DNA of 64,000 bases from assembly GCA_963662665.2 (NCBI GenBank), contig CAXXJS010000017.1, positions 25,556-89,555 on the forward strand, given 5' to 3'. Below, in pieces: positions 46,837 through 57,200 of this stretch. Numbering within the stretch: position 1 is the first letter of the stretch; each line of letters starts with the position of its first letter. Under the pieces are notes generated by a model that worked only from the letters and a program-made list of their open reading frames with translations, made no database searches and had not been told where the DNA came from. Source of the DNA: Candidatus Latescibacterota bacterium (GTDB lineage Bacteria > Latescibacterota > UBA2968 > GCA-2709665). Position numbers and translations under genes: made by a program.

Positions 46837-47739
46837 ATGCGCCGCTTTACCCGAGAACCCTATCTGACAGGGTCCGAAGCGTCCGAACGGGGCCAGGTTC
46901 GCGGTACGATCGAACTCGGCGAAACGCTCGTTATCGAAACACCCGGCGGCGCCGATGGCGACCTCAAACCCGGCGTCATTCCGGAAACCACGACACCGCG
47001 CGGCTCCCGTCAGGGCGGTCCGTTTCTGATTGACGGTATCGAACCCGGCGATTGGGTTTCGATTGAAGTCATCGATATTGAGGTAGGTCCCTACGGCTAT
47101 TACAACAACGGCGGACCGTTTCGAGGCAGTCTGCGTTCCGTCGCTCCTGTAAAAGACGGGCTCCTGCACTTTCCGCCCGACTTCGTGGTCCCGGTCCGTC
47201 CGATGATCGGCGTGGTCCAGCTGGCGCCCGTCTCCCAGGACACGGGTCCCTGGAACCACGGGGGCAACATGGACTTCAATTCCATTTGTGCCGGCAACAT
47301 CGTGCACATCCGTTCCCAGCGGTACGGCGGGCACTTCTACGTGGGCGACGGCCACGCCCGCATGGGCGACGGTGAACTTACCGGAACCGGCGTGGAAATC
47401 GACTCCGCGCTCACACTGCGCTTCGACCGCTCGCCGGGCTTTCCAACGGGCGGCCCGGTGGTGGAAACCCCGGACGAGATCCTCACCAGCGGTATGGGCG
47501 CGAACTGGGAGGAAGCGCTGAAAATCGCCTGGACCGACATGGTCGGTCTCATCGCCGACCGTTACGACACCACCGTGGAACACGCCAACCTGATTGTGGG
47601 TACGATTGGCGACGCTCGGCCGGGGTACGCGGCCGGGCAGCTGAATACCCGGGGTTTCAGGAGAGAAAACGCGTACGTCACCTGCCAGATCGGCATCACG
47701 AAAGACCTGAACAGGACCGGGCGCCCCTTCCAGCCTTGA
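46837..47739 (+). CDS. Acetamidase/formamidase family protein
   Basis: GP..I.G.EPGD, PMIGVV, HGGNMD, GDGHARMGDGE..GTGVE. Confidence 0.88.
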   Translation: MRRFTREPYLTGSEASERGQVRGTIELGETLVIETPGGADGDLKPGVIPETTTPRGSRQGGPFLIDGIEPGDWVSIEVIDIEVGPYGYYNNGGPFRGSLRSVAPVKDGLLHFPPDFVVPVRPMIGVVQLAPVSQDTGPWNHGGNMDFNSICAGNIVHIRSQRYGGHFYVGDGHARMGDGELTGTGVEIDSALTLRFDRSPGFPTGGPVVETPDEILTSGMGANWEEALKIAWTDMVGLIADRYDTTVEHANLIVGTIGDARPGYAAGQLNTRGFRRENAYVTCQIGITKDLNRTGRPFQP

Positions 47740-47772
47740 AGCTGCGTATCTTCGACATTCAGAGGGCATCTT

Positions 47773-49938
47773 ATGTTCCATCACGACGAATTCCCCGATA
47801 AACTCGTCCACATTTCGGACGCTTCTTTCTTCGAAGCCGTGAATTTCGACCTCCCCGGACTTCACGAGGTCCGGCGCGCCGCGGATTCGAACCGCTACGA
47901 TGAGGCATTCGACGCATGGTGGGGGCATTTCCTCTCCCGGAGCAACCCGGTCAACCCCTTTGCGGGTTCGGCGGAGCAACTCACGCCCAGGGTTGCCGCC
48001 AACTCCGATCTGGCGGACACCATTCTCGACGGGGGAAGCCGGCAATTCGGCCAGGTCGAAATCGACTTCTCACGCCCGGTTGAATTCAACGCCTGGTTCG
48101 GTGATCAGTCCAAATACGGCTTCCATTATCTGGGCTGGATGGATTGCCTGACCAGGGCCGCGCTGGACACGCGCGATGAGCGGTACATCGAAGCTTACCT
48201 CGAAATCTTCCGACAGTGGTACGCCGTCAGACACGAAATCACGGGCGCCCGCCGGATGCATCCGGTCTTCTACGAACTCGGTCTCTCCGTAAGGAGCCAC
48301 AGGTTCCTGAACTTCCTTTACGTTGTCAAGCTTCTGGAAATGGGCCACCAGCTATCTCCTGACCACGTCCGCCTGCTCTTCAAGTCGCTTCTCGGTGCGG
48401 CCCGCTGGTTGACGTTGGAGCAGAACGCAAAAGGCTACCGGACCGGAAACTGGCAGGTCCACGGCATCTCGGCTTTGCTCCTCATTGGTTTTCTGTTTCC
48501 GGAATTCCATGAATCCGAAGCCTTCCGTACCGTCGGCGCGCGGTACCTCGAGCAGCACATGGAGAAGGACTATTACGAAGACGGCGGCCACAGCGAACGC
48601 TGCTATTCCTATGGAAGCGGCTGCCTGCGCCACCTGGAAGAAGCCACTCTTCTGGCTGAGGCCAACCCCGGCCTCCTCCCGCCGGTCACCCTGGATTGGC
48701 GGGAGCGCACGTCATGCGCCTACGCCTGGTTCCTCAAGATGGCCGGCCCGGGAGGCGAAATGCCCGGCATCAACGACGGCGGCTTCATGGACGGGACGGC
48801 ACTGCTGAAGCAGGCAGGCGCTTTCACCGGCGACGCCTCGTATCTCTGGCCTATCCGGCACAGACTGGACGGGACCGATCCGGAGCCCCGTAAACCCGCT
48901 TTCGAGAGCCTGCGCCTGGAATCCAGCGAATTCTGCGTGATGCGCTCCGGTTGGGAGCCGGAGGACACCTTCATGCTCGTCAACCACGGGCAATGGCCGG
49001 GCGGCCACAGCCATATGGGCATTCTGGACGTCAACCTCTATGCCCGCGGTATCCCCCTTGTCGCCGAAGTCTCCCGTTTCGGGCCGTACGATGCCCCGTG
49101 GGATATGTACTTCCGCTCCGAACAGGCGCACAATCACGTTGTGATTGAAGGCGCCCCTTCCGCCCGGCCCGATTTCCGCGGCGAACAGATCCGGTTCGGC
49201 AGCACGCCGTCCCGCGATTTCTTTTCCGGCCGGCACCGCGCGTACGAAGCCAGCGCCGGGGTTGTGATCGAACGCAGAATCCTGTTTTTCAAACCATGGG
49301 GCTTTCTCGTGTCGGACGCCGTCGCGTGTACCCATCGCAGGAGAAGCGCGCTATGGTATCTGCACAGCGTCTTTCCCTTCGCTACAAACGGTACCGCCGC
49401 CTTTGCGGAAGGCGACGATGCCGGACTCCTCGTTGCGCCCGCGAACCCCAGGCAGCTCAAATATGCGTTCAACGGCATCGACTATCTGGAGGAAATGGTG
49501 AAGGAAATACCCGTTTACTCCGGCGATCCGCCCTCCGCGCCGTGGCCGGATCGCTATTTCCTCGCACTTCGAGGTTGGGGAGTTGAGCAGCCCATCACCC
49601 CATTCGACGTTCTCCTTATGCCATATAAGGGCGCGCGCCCCGAGGCAACGGTCACGACGCTCGAGTGTGAGGTCGACGGCAGCGCCGAATCTCCGGTTCT
49701 GCCGCGCGCGCTGCAAATTACCGCCGCGGACCACCACCATCTCGTGTTTCACGGCGCTCCCGGTGTCACCATCGCCGCTCACGACGTTTCTTTCTCGGGA
49801 CATACAGCCGCCATCGAATACCGGAACGGCCGTCCCGTGAAAGCCTTCGTTCACCAGGGCAGCCACCTGACGGTAGCCGGGCAACACATCGCCATCTCAG
49901 ATTCGCCAACCCGGGAAATTGATCTGGACGGGACCTGA
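47773..49938 (+). CDS. Heparinase II/III-like polysaccharide lyase
   Basis: GNWQ, DGGHSER..Y, PGINDG, VMRSGW, GHSH, AHNHVVI; alpha-toroid plus beta-sandwich pattern. Confidence 0.82.
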   Translation: MFHHDEFPDKLVHISDASFFEAVNFDLPGLHEVRRAADSNRYDEAFDAWWGHFLSRSNPVNPFAGSAEQLTPRVAANSDLADTILDGGSRQFGQVEIDFSRPVEFNAWFGDQSKYGFHYLGWMDCLTRAALDTRDERYIEAYLEIFRQWYAVRHEITGARRMHPVFYELGLSVRSHRFLNFLYVVKLLEMGHQLSPDHVRLLFKSLLGAARWLTLEQNAKGYRTGNWQVHGISALLLIGFLFPEFHESEAFRTVGARYLEQHMEKDYYEDGGHSERCYSYGSGCLRHLEEATLLAEANPGLLPPVTLDWRERTSCAYAWFLKMAGPGGEMPGINDGGFMDGTALLKQAGAFTGDASYLWPIRHRLDGTDPEPRKPAFESLRLESSEFCVMRSGWEPEDTFMLVNHGQWPGGHSHMGILDVNLYARGIPLVAEVSRFGPYDAPWDMYFRSEQAHNHVVIEGAPSARPDFRGEQIRFGSTPSRDFFSGRHRAYEASAGVVIERRILFFKPWGFLVSDAVACTHRRRSALWYLHSVFPFATNGTAAFAEGDDAGLLVAPANPRQLKYAFNGIDYLEEMVKEIPVYSGDPPSAPWPDRYFLALRGWGVEQPITPFDVLLMPYKGARPEATVTTLECEVDGSAESPVLPRALQITAADHHHLVFHGAPGVTIAAHDVSFSGHTAAIEYRNGRPVKAFVHQGSHLTVAGQHIAISDSPTREIDLDGT

Positions 49939-49945
49939 CCTACCC

Positions 49946-50045
49946 CCTATCCCCCTTCCCAGGGGAAGGGGGAACTGTCACCTCTTGAAGGGGTTTCCTT
50001 CTGCTCCCCCTCTCCCTGTGGGAGAGGGGGTTGGGGGGTGAGGGG
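49946..50045. repeat. Paired palindromic intergenic repeats (copy B plus CCCCTCTCCC-type hairpin)
   Basis: 49946-49980 matches 86-120 inverted; CCCCCTCTCCC-TGT-GGGAGAGGGGG then TTGGGGGTGAGG. Confidence 0.8.
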
Positions 50046-50175
50046 CTTGCGCAGGGGAGAGGTCCCGCGCCGTCGTTGCCGACGTGATGGCGTTGGCATC
50101 GGCGAAATCCGGGGCCACAACGTGGATAAATGGTTCCACGTCATCTTTCAGAGGGCTTGACGGGAAATATCAACG

Positions 50176-51663
50176 ATGAGAAAACAACGCACGATCTACT
50201 TCAACGACGCCCGCCACTACTACCTCTTCGTCTTCGAACCGCCGATGCGTCTGGAAGACGCCCGGGTGCCCGTAGACGAAGTCGCCGGCACGGCGGTGGA
50301 CACCTTCGTGTACGGCGTCTCCCGTGCTGACGGTCTCTTTTATCCCTCCAGGATCGGCCTGATGTTCGGTGACGATCTGCGACCATTCCAACATGTCCAT
50401 GAATGGCGCGCCTGGGAGAACATGCAGAGCCTCATCGCCCGGGGGCTCGACCCTCTGACCGTTCTGGTCGACCGCGCCCACGAGAAGGGGATGGACTTCA
50501 TCGCCAGCCTGCGGATGGGCGCATACGGCGGCATGTCCCCGGAACACGCGCTCAACACCGGCGGCCGGGGTTTTTCCCACCCCGAAGTTCGCGACCATCA
50601 GTTGGCCGTACTGAAGGAACTCGCCACTGAATACGCCGTGGAAGGCGTGGAACTGGACTTCGCCGCCTCCCCCGGCGGAAGTCCCTTCTGGCTGAGGCCG
50701 GAAGACGCGGCCGAATACACGCCGGTGATGACGGATTTCGTAAGAGAGACCGCTGAGATCGTCCGCGGTCGTCCGGGCGGTCCCGCCCTGATCGGCGCCC
50801 GCGTCTACCCCACCGAAGAACTGAACCTGAAGACCGGCCTTGACGTGCGGACCTGGCTTCGGGAAGGGTTGGTCGATTTCGTGGTTCCGATGCTCTATCT
50901 CGATTTCGTACTGGACGCCAATATGCCGGTCGGCTGGCTCGTGCAAGCCGCCCACGACGACGATATTTCCGTCTACGGTATGCTTCAGCCCTACCGCAGC
51001 GACGAGAGCCGGCGGTTCGATACGGCCGACAACGCGACCGTTTCCATGATGCGTGCGGCTGCGGCGAATTTTCTGGAACTGGACGTCGACGGCCTGTACA
51101 CCTGGTTTCTTCCCTGGCCCGTGGACGAAGCCGGCCGCAGCCTCCTCACGCAACTGGGCGATGCCGACCTCGTCCGGGAAGGCGACAAACACTACTTCCT
51201 GCGCCGCCGATGCGACGCGGCGGCCGAATACGACTACGGCGCCTTTCTGCCCCTGGAGTTCGCATCAGCGGACCCGGAGATCCATCGTCAGATCCCCTTC
51301 TCCATCGCCGACGACCCTGAAAATGACCGTATACGGCGCATCCGCCTCCGGATGGGCATCAGCAATCTCGTCTCTGCCGACCGGCTCGAGATCCGGTTGA
51401 ACGGCGCCCGGCTGGACAACGGGTCCTGTCGTCGTTCGCCGATCCGTTCCCGGGACCCGTACGCGGGACAACTGCTGGAATTCGACCTGGAAGACGTACG
51501 TCCCCGGAAGGGCCGGAACGTACTCGAAATATCCCTGCAGGAACGGCCTCCCGGATTCGAAGGAGGGATCGTGATTGAAGACGTGGATATTTTCGTCGAA
51601 TACGGGACCTTTCCGACACCCCATCCGGGTACCGTTCCAAAACCCTTAAGCGACTTGACGTAG
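50176..51663 (+). CDS. Glycoside-hydrolase-like TIM barrel protein (GHL10/DUF187-like)
   Basis: IYFNDA, AHEKGMDFIASLRM, FSHPEVRDH, Y.VEGVELDF, DVRTWLREGLVD. Confidence 0.7.
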   Translation: MRKQRTIYFNDARHYYLFVFEPPMRLEDARVPVDEVAGTAVDTFVYGVSRADGLFYPSRIGLMFGDDLRPFQHVHEWRAWENMQSLIARGLDPLTVLVDRAHEKGMDFIASLRMGAYGGMSPEHALNTGGRGFSHPEVRDHQLAVLKELATEYAVEGVELDFAASPGGSPFWLRPEDAAEYTPVMTDFVRETAEIVRGRPGGPALIGARVYPTEELNLKTGLDVRTWLREGLVDFVVPMLYLDFVLDANMPVGWLVQAAHDDDISVYGMLQPYRSDESRRFDTADNATVSMMRAAAANFLELDVDGLYTWFLPWPVDEAGRSLLTQLGDADLVREGDKHYFLRRRCDAAAEYDYGAFLPLEFASADPEIHRQIPFSIADDPENDRIRRIRLRMGISNLVSADRLEIRLNGARLDNGSCRRSPIRSRDPYAGQLLEFDLEDVRPRKGRNVLEISLQERPPGFEGGIVIEDVDIFVEYGTFPTPHPGTVPKPLSDLT

Positions 51664-51676
51664 GGATCGTACGGCG

Positions 51677-53260
51677 TCAATACCGAACGACCACTTCCAC
51701 GTCCGTCAGGACGAGGTCGCACGCCAGCTGGGGATGGCGTTCGATCAGCCCCACCCCGACGGCATGCTTCCCCCGGGCGATTTCCGAAGGGCGAAGTCGG
51801 AAGCAAAGCCATGCCGCGCGGCTCACGTCGGAAATACGGCGGATGCCGGGCGGGGGCTGGAAGGCGCCGCCCGGAGGATTGGTGTTGTCCATTACGCAAT
51901 AGCGGATTTCAGGTCCGTTCAGTTCCTGTCCGTCCCAGAAGACGCAGACCTTGTCGCCAACCACCCACTGATCCAGCCGGACCCGGAGTTCCAGGTGTGA
52001 CGCGCCGTCTCTTTCGACGTCGTCGGCAATGTCCAGGGTGATGGCCGGCTTTTCGCCCGCTATGGTTTTCTTAAGCGCCACGGGCACCTCGCCCAGGATC
52101 CGGTCGATGCGGTAGGCGCCGCGCCAGGGGCCCTCCTTCTGGATGAACCGGTGTGTGGCGGCGTAGATCTTGTCGGTGCGGCGAAGTGTATCGACAGAGC
52201 CGATCTGTGAGAGTAACTCCCGCTTCGAGTCCCGGTTGGCGTGCCAATTGAACACATAGATGCCGTCGGCGCCGGCGCGATGGTGGCGGGAGGCAATCGC
52301 CCGGGTGCGCATTCGATCTTTGATTTCAGGCGCTTCCGGGCCCACGAACGGGTCGGGCAGCCCGCTGTCGAATCCAGCGTAGACGGCGATCCCCCTGTCC
52401 CGGCACATCTCCACAAACGCGGCCACCTCAGGAGACGCGTCGGTTACCGCGCCGCCTCCCAGAATCAGGACGTCCACCAGCCCCTCCTCGATCCACACCG
52501 GAATATCGTAGCCAATGCGGCGGCACATCTCCTGTGAACCCGCCACGCGCGCCGCCAGATAGAACGGCCTTCCGCGCCGTTTCGCGACTTCGTCCGTGAG
52601 TTGCCGAACCTGTCTCTGGAGGTCGGTCAGCACGTACCGCAGCCGGTAGGCCTCGTCTTCCGGAAGGTGAAACGCGTGGCGCTGCCAGTCCAGTTCCACG
52701 CCGTCCCAGTCGTACCGCGTAACAGTCTCCTCGATATGGGTATACCGGTGCTCGCGGACTTCGGGGACTGCCATATTCCACGAGAGCGCGAACCACTCCG
52801 ACGTCCGATCGCCCAGCACCCACTCCGGGTGTTCCCGCCGCATCCGCGTCAGCTCGCTGTGGTGGAGCGCAGGGAGGTCTTCCACCTGCGCACCGTCGAA
52901 ATGGTTATCGTTCATGCGCACGGATGCGTAGACGGCCATGCCCAGGTCGCGGCCGTGTTCGATCAGCGAGACATGCGGGTCCTCACCCCGCTCGAGCATC
53001 CGGCGGATGTTTTCGGTGTGGGTATAGGCCGAGACGTTCTCGTACTTTCGCCCGTGGACGTCGCCCAGCATTTCCAGCGCGGAATCCGGCCAGCGGGCGG
53101 CGTGCTCGCCGATGCACCAGAACAGCGCCCCCACTTGCGTCTCCTCGATGGGCGCGTAGGTCTTCTCGAGAAACGCCTTCATCGACTGAGGCACCTCGGA
53201 ATATCCGTGCGGCGCCCCGTCCCAGTTGTAGATGATTCCGTAGTCGAAAGGTCCGGACAT
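51677..53260 (-). CDS. Glycoside-hydrolase-like TIM barrel protein (GHL10/DUF187-like), paralogue
   Basis: IYNWDG, ASVRMNDNH, HPEW, PEVREH, YDWDGVELDW, WIEEGLVD, GADGIYVFN. Confidence 0.7.
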   Translation of the reverse strand: MSGPFDYGIIYNWDGAPHGYSEVPQSMKAFLEKTYAPIEETQVGALFWCIGEHAARWPDSALEMLGDVHGRKYENVSAYTHTENIRRMLERGEDPHVSLIEHGRDLGMAVYASVRMNDNHFDGAQVEDLPALHHSELTRMRREHPEWVLGDRTSEWFALSWNMAVPEVREHRYTHIEETVTRYDWDGVELDWQRHAFHLPEDEAYRLRYVLTDLQRQVRQLTDEVAKRRGRPFYLAARVAGSQEMCRRIGYDIPVWIEEGLVDVLILGGGAVTDASPEVAAFVEMCRDRGIAVYAGFDSGLPDPFVGPEAPEIKDRMRTRAIASRHHRAGADGIYVFNWHANRDSKRELLSQIGSVDTLRRTDKIYAATHRFIQKEGPWRGAYRIDRILGEVPVALKKTIAGEKPAITLDIADDVERDGASHLELRVRLDQWVVGDKVCVFWDGQELNGPEIRYCVMDNTNPPGGAFQPPPGIRRISDVSRAAWLCFRLRPSEIARGKHAVGVGLIERHPQLACDLVLTDVEVVVRY

Positions 53261-53400
53261 AGGTTCCTCCTGTACGCTTGATGGACTCGTTCGAATTAGC
53301 GTTTGACAATAGTCGCGATGCTTCTATTTTACGGCTGCGCCAGTCAGATTTCCAGAGATTTTCCGCGTACATCCCGACGCATTTTCCATCCCTGATGCCA

Positions 53401-54183
53401 ATGAAATCCGCATTCTGCACAAACGCCTTCGGCAATACCCAGGCCGATCAGGAAGAAGCCATCCCCTACCTGGCTGAACTGGGTTACGACGGCATTGAAC
53501 TCTGGCAACAGTACCTCTGCCACGCTGACCTGGGATGGGTCCGTTCAATTACGGCCGATCACGGCCTTGAGATCGTGCAGATCTGCCCCTACTTCGACTT
53601 CACCACCAGCCGGGCAACCTGGGACCGCAGCATCCTGGATGCCGAGACCTTCATTGGCTACGCGGTCGAACTCGGCTGTCCCTTTGTGCGCACCTACACC
53701 GGCAACGTGGGGAGCGGGGACGCCACCGCCGGGCAATGGGACGCCTGTGTCAGGGGTCTGCAGAAAATCTGTGAAATGGGCGCCGTCCACAATGTCGTCT
53801 TTCCCCTGGAAACTCACCAGGTGATTCACCATGGGCCCAATCTTACCGACACGAGTCCGAGTACGCTCAAACTGCTCGAAGACGTGGGTATGGAGAACCT
53901 GGCGGTAAACCTTCAGACACCTCTTGTCGGCGAAACTGTCTTCGAGACCGCCGGACAACTCGGCGAACACGTTATTCACCTGCACGCCCACAACTGGGTG
54001 GGCGCGTGGCCGGACCTCACGTTTCTGGACGCCGGCGACGTGGACTTCGCCGCATTTCTCCGCGTTCTCCAATCCAAAGGCTTCGACGGATATATTTCAA
54101 TCGAACACGGAAGCCATCATCCGCCGTACGAGACGGCTGCGCATGAAATCGCTTATCTGAAGCAACTCATTGACGGAGAATGA
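53401..54183 (+). CDS. Sugar phosphate isomerase/epimerase family
   Basis: LAELGYDGIELW, LETH, HLHAHN, GDVDF, GFDGYISIEH. Confidence 0.85.
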   Translation: MKSAFCTNAFGNTQADQEEAIPYLAELGYDGIELWQQYLCHADLGWVRSITADHGLEIVQICPYFDFTTSRATWDRSILDAETFIGYAVELGCPFVRTYTGNVGSGDATAGQWDACVRGLQKICEMGAVHNVVFPLETHQVIHHGPNLTDTSPSTLKLLEDVGMENLAVNLQTPLVGETVFETAGQLGEHVIHLHAHNWVGAWPDLTFLDAGDVDFAAFLRVLQSKGFDGYISIEHGSHHPPYETAAHEIAYLKQLIDGE

Positions 54184-54265
54184 CACACGAACTCGATCCG
54201 GCCGGCAGAATTCACGGACACGCAGCAGGAGTCAGACAAGCTCGAATCGACAACCGGAGCCAGCG

Positions 54266-57200
54266 ATGCCGCAGCGGAGAATGTCCCTGAAAAACCTCAG
54301 GCAACCCAAACCCCTTTACCCTGACACCGTCCTGGTGGAACACGGGCGCGCCGCCTCTGCCATCGTAACCCCGTCGGACGACCGGTACGTCGCCGTTGCC
54401 GAAGCCATCCGGAGAAAAGTCCGTGACGTTTCGGGCGCCACACTGCCCGTCATCCCTCATTCCGCCGCAGCCGTAACGCCCCGAAGACACCTCATCCTGC
54501 TGGGCAATGTAAATACCAACCGGGCCGTCTTCCGGCTTTACGGATACAGCTATACCCCGGCGGACGACCACTATCCCGGCTACGGCGGCCATCTGCTCCA
54601 CACCATCCACGATCCCTGGGGAAACGGCAGAAACGCCGTCGGCCTTTTTGGCAGCGATTTGTCAGGGGTCGAAGCCGCCGCAGGCCTCCTGCTCGAACGT
54701 CTCAAAGCGGGACCTACCCTCGCCCTCGGTCCCTTGTTCGATGTAAAGTGGGGTCCGGATGCCCTTCAGGACGCCGGGATCCCCGAAGAACCGGACGTCG
54801 ACGCCGAGATGGCGGAGGCCGAAGAAGACCTCAAACGGGGAAGCCATACCGGGTTGTGGGGCCGGATCGGACAGAGGGGCCTGCTCTACGGGCTTACCGG
54901 AAACGACGTCTACGCTGAAATCTACAAACGGCTGGTCTTTCGGATGTACGACCACGTCCTGTCCGACCCGGACAATTACGGCAGCGTATGGGGTTTCGAC
55001 GCGGACTTTGCGCTGCAGTACGTCATACCGGGCTGGGACCTCGTGGAAGAGAGTCCGGCCATATCCGATGAAGACCGTCTACGGATCACCCGAATCCTGT
55101 TCGAATTCATCACGGATTGCGTATCGCACGTGGGTGACGTCGAGAACGAGCGGGTCCGCCATAACCACGCAACGTATGCCGCGCTGGGCCTGCACTATGC
55201 CGGCGCGTATTTCAAAAAATACTATAGAGCCACCCAGGCCTACCGGTGGCTGGCGCTGTCGGAAGGGTGCTTCAGGGTACAGGTCAACGCGTTCAAGCCG
55301 TATGAGGACTGCGGCCACTACCAGTGGCGCACCCATTTCCACGCGATGCGCTACACGCTCAGTTCGGGCGACACGACGTTCTTCGATACCGGTAATGCGC
55401 AGCGCGCGGGCGACTACGCCATCCTGACAACGGACAACCTGGGCTGCGCCGTGCCCAATGGAGACACGGCCTCCCCGTTCGGCACGTGGACGGAAGTGCC
55501 CTATCTGCGAGCCATGGTCTGCGTGACCGGAGACGGTCGCTACCAGTGGATGCTCGACAAAAAGAAAGCCATGGCTTCGCGGTCCCACCCGTACGAACAC
55601 AGCCGCGACGTGGAACCGGTGGAGCCCACGGACCTCGAGGGGGCGCAGGTCTACCCCGTGGATCCCGGGTATTACGATTCAACAAACGGCAGCGACCACC
55701 TGCCCCTGGACAAGACCTTCGACAAGGTCGTCTTCCGGGACGGGTTCGCTCCTGAAAATCAGTATTTGTTTCTGGACGGACTGTCCAACGGCGGTCACAA
55801 GCATTACGACGGAAACTCGATCTGCCGCCTCACTCAGAACAGCCGCATCTGGCTGGCAGACTGCGACTACATCAAATCGCTGCCCAAGTTCCACAACGGC
55901 GTCCTCATCTTCAAGGATGGACAATCCGCCGAAATCCCGCCTTTTGCGGAACTTGAGCGATTTCAGGCGAACAAGAATACCGGTTTCTCCCAGACGACCC
56001 TTCGCTCATACAGCGGCGTGGACTGGCGCCGCAATATCTTGTGGAACCGGGGGGCCTTTTTCCTGGTCATCGACGAGATGGAGGCCCTGGGAGAAGCGGA
56101 ATACAGTTTCCGCGCGGTCTGGCAGACGCTGGGCGACGTGCAACGCAGCCACGGCGGCATTGCGGTGGAACAGAACGGCGAGCGGTTCTTCATCCACGGG
56201 CTGCAGGGTCCGGTACTCCGGCTCGAGGATGACGCGGTTACCGGAAAAAACTGGGAACGCTACAGTCACGCCGAACCCGTAATACGCATACTCCAGCAGA
56301 TCGTTGACGTTCATTTGAAAAAAAACGAGGCCTATCGATTCTTCAACCTGCTTTATTGCGGCCCCATGAAGCTGGAAATGACGCAGGTCCTCGAGACCGC
56401 CGTACGCATCGACGGCGGACCGGAAACGGTTTTTGCCGGCGTCGGTGAGACCCGAACGGCGACCGGGCTCCCATCCGGCCCCAGCGTTGCGGCCGCCCAG
56501 TTTCAGATTTCTCCACGTGACTTTGTCATTGTCGACGGTACGGAAGTTTCCTGGGAAGATACCTCATTCAGGAGCGATCGTCCCGTATCCCTCGAATACG
56601 ATCTGTCCGCGGCGCAGGGAACCCTCGTCACCTCCGGTCCGACGACGATCACGCTGTCCGCTGGAAAGGGGACGGAGGTCGAAGTGGACGGCAAGCCGAT
56701 CGACGCCGACTTTTCAAACGGCGCCGTGACGTTCCGGGCGCCCGAGGGACGGCACGGTCTCGCATTGATGCCCCCGGCCCTCTCGGGACTCCGCCGCGCC
56801 GCAGCCGCAAAGATCACACCGCAATTCGCGTCCCGCTTCCGGACGTCGCGCAGGAGAGGCCGCATTCCGGATCTCCCCGTGCTATGGTCTAAACGGGAGG
56901 ATGACGCTCTGCTGTCCGTGCAGTCCGCGGACCTGGACGGCGACGGCAAGGACGAAATTGCCGCGGGCGGCCGCACCGGGTCCATCCACACCTATAAGGA
57001 CGGCGCCTCGCTCTGGCGCTACCCCACCGGCGGCGTTGTCCGCTCCGTTTGTGCAGCGGACCTGGAAAACGACGGCCGGCCGGAAATCATCGCCGGATCG
57101 GAAGACACCCGTGTGTACGTCATCGACGCGAAGGGGGCGTTGAAGTGGGACTTCAAGATTCCATTCTACTTCCAGGATCCCATCGTGCGGTCCGTTTTCA

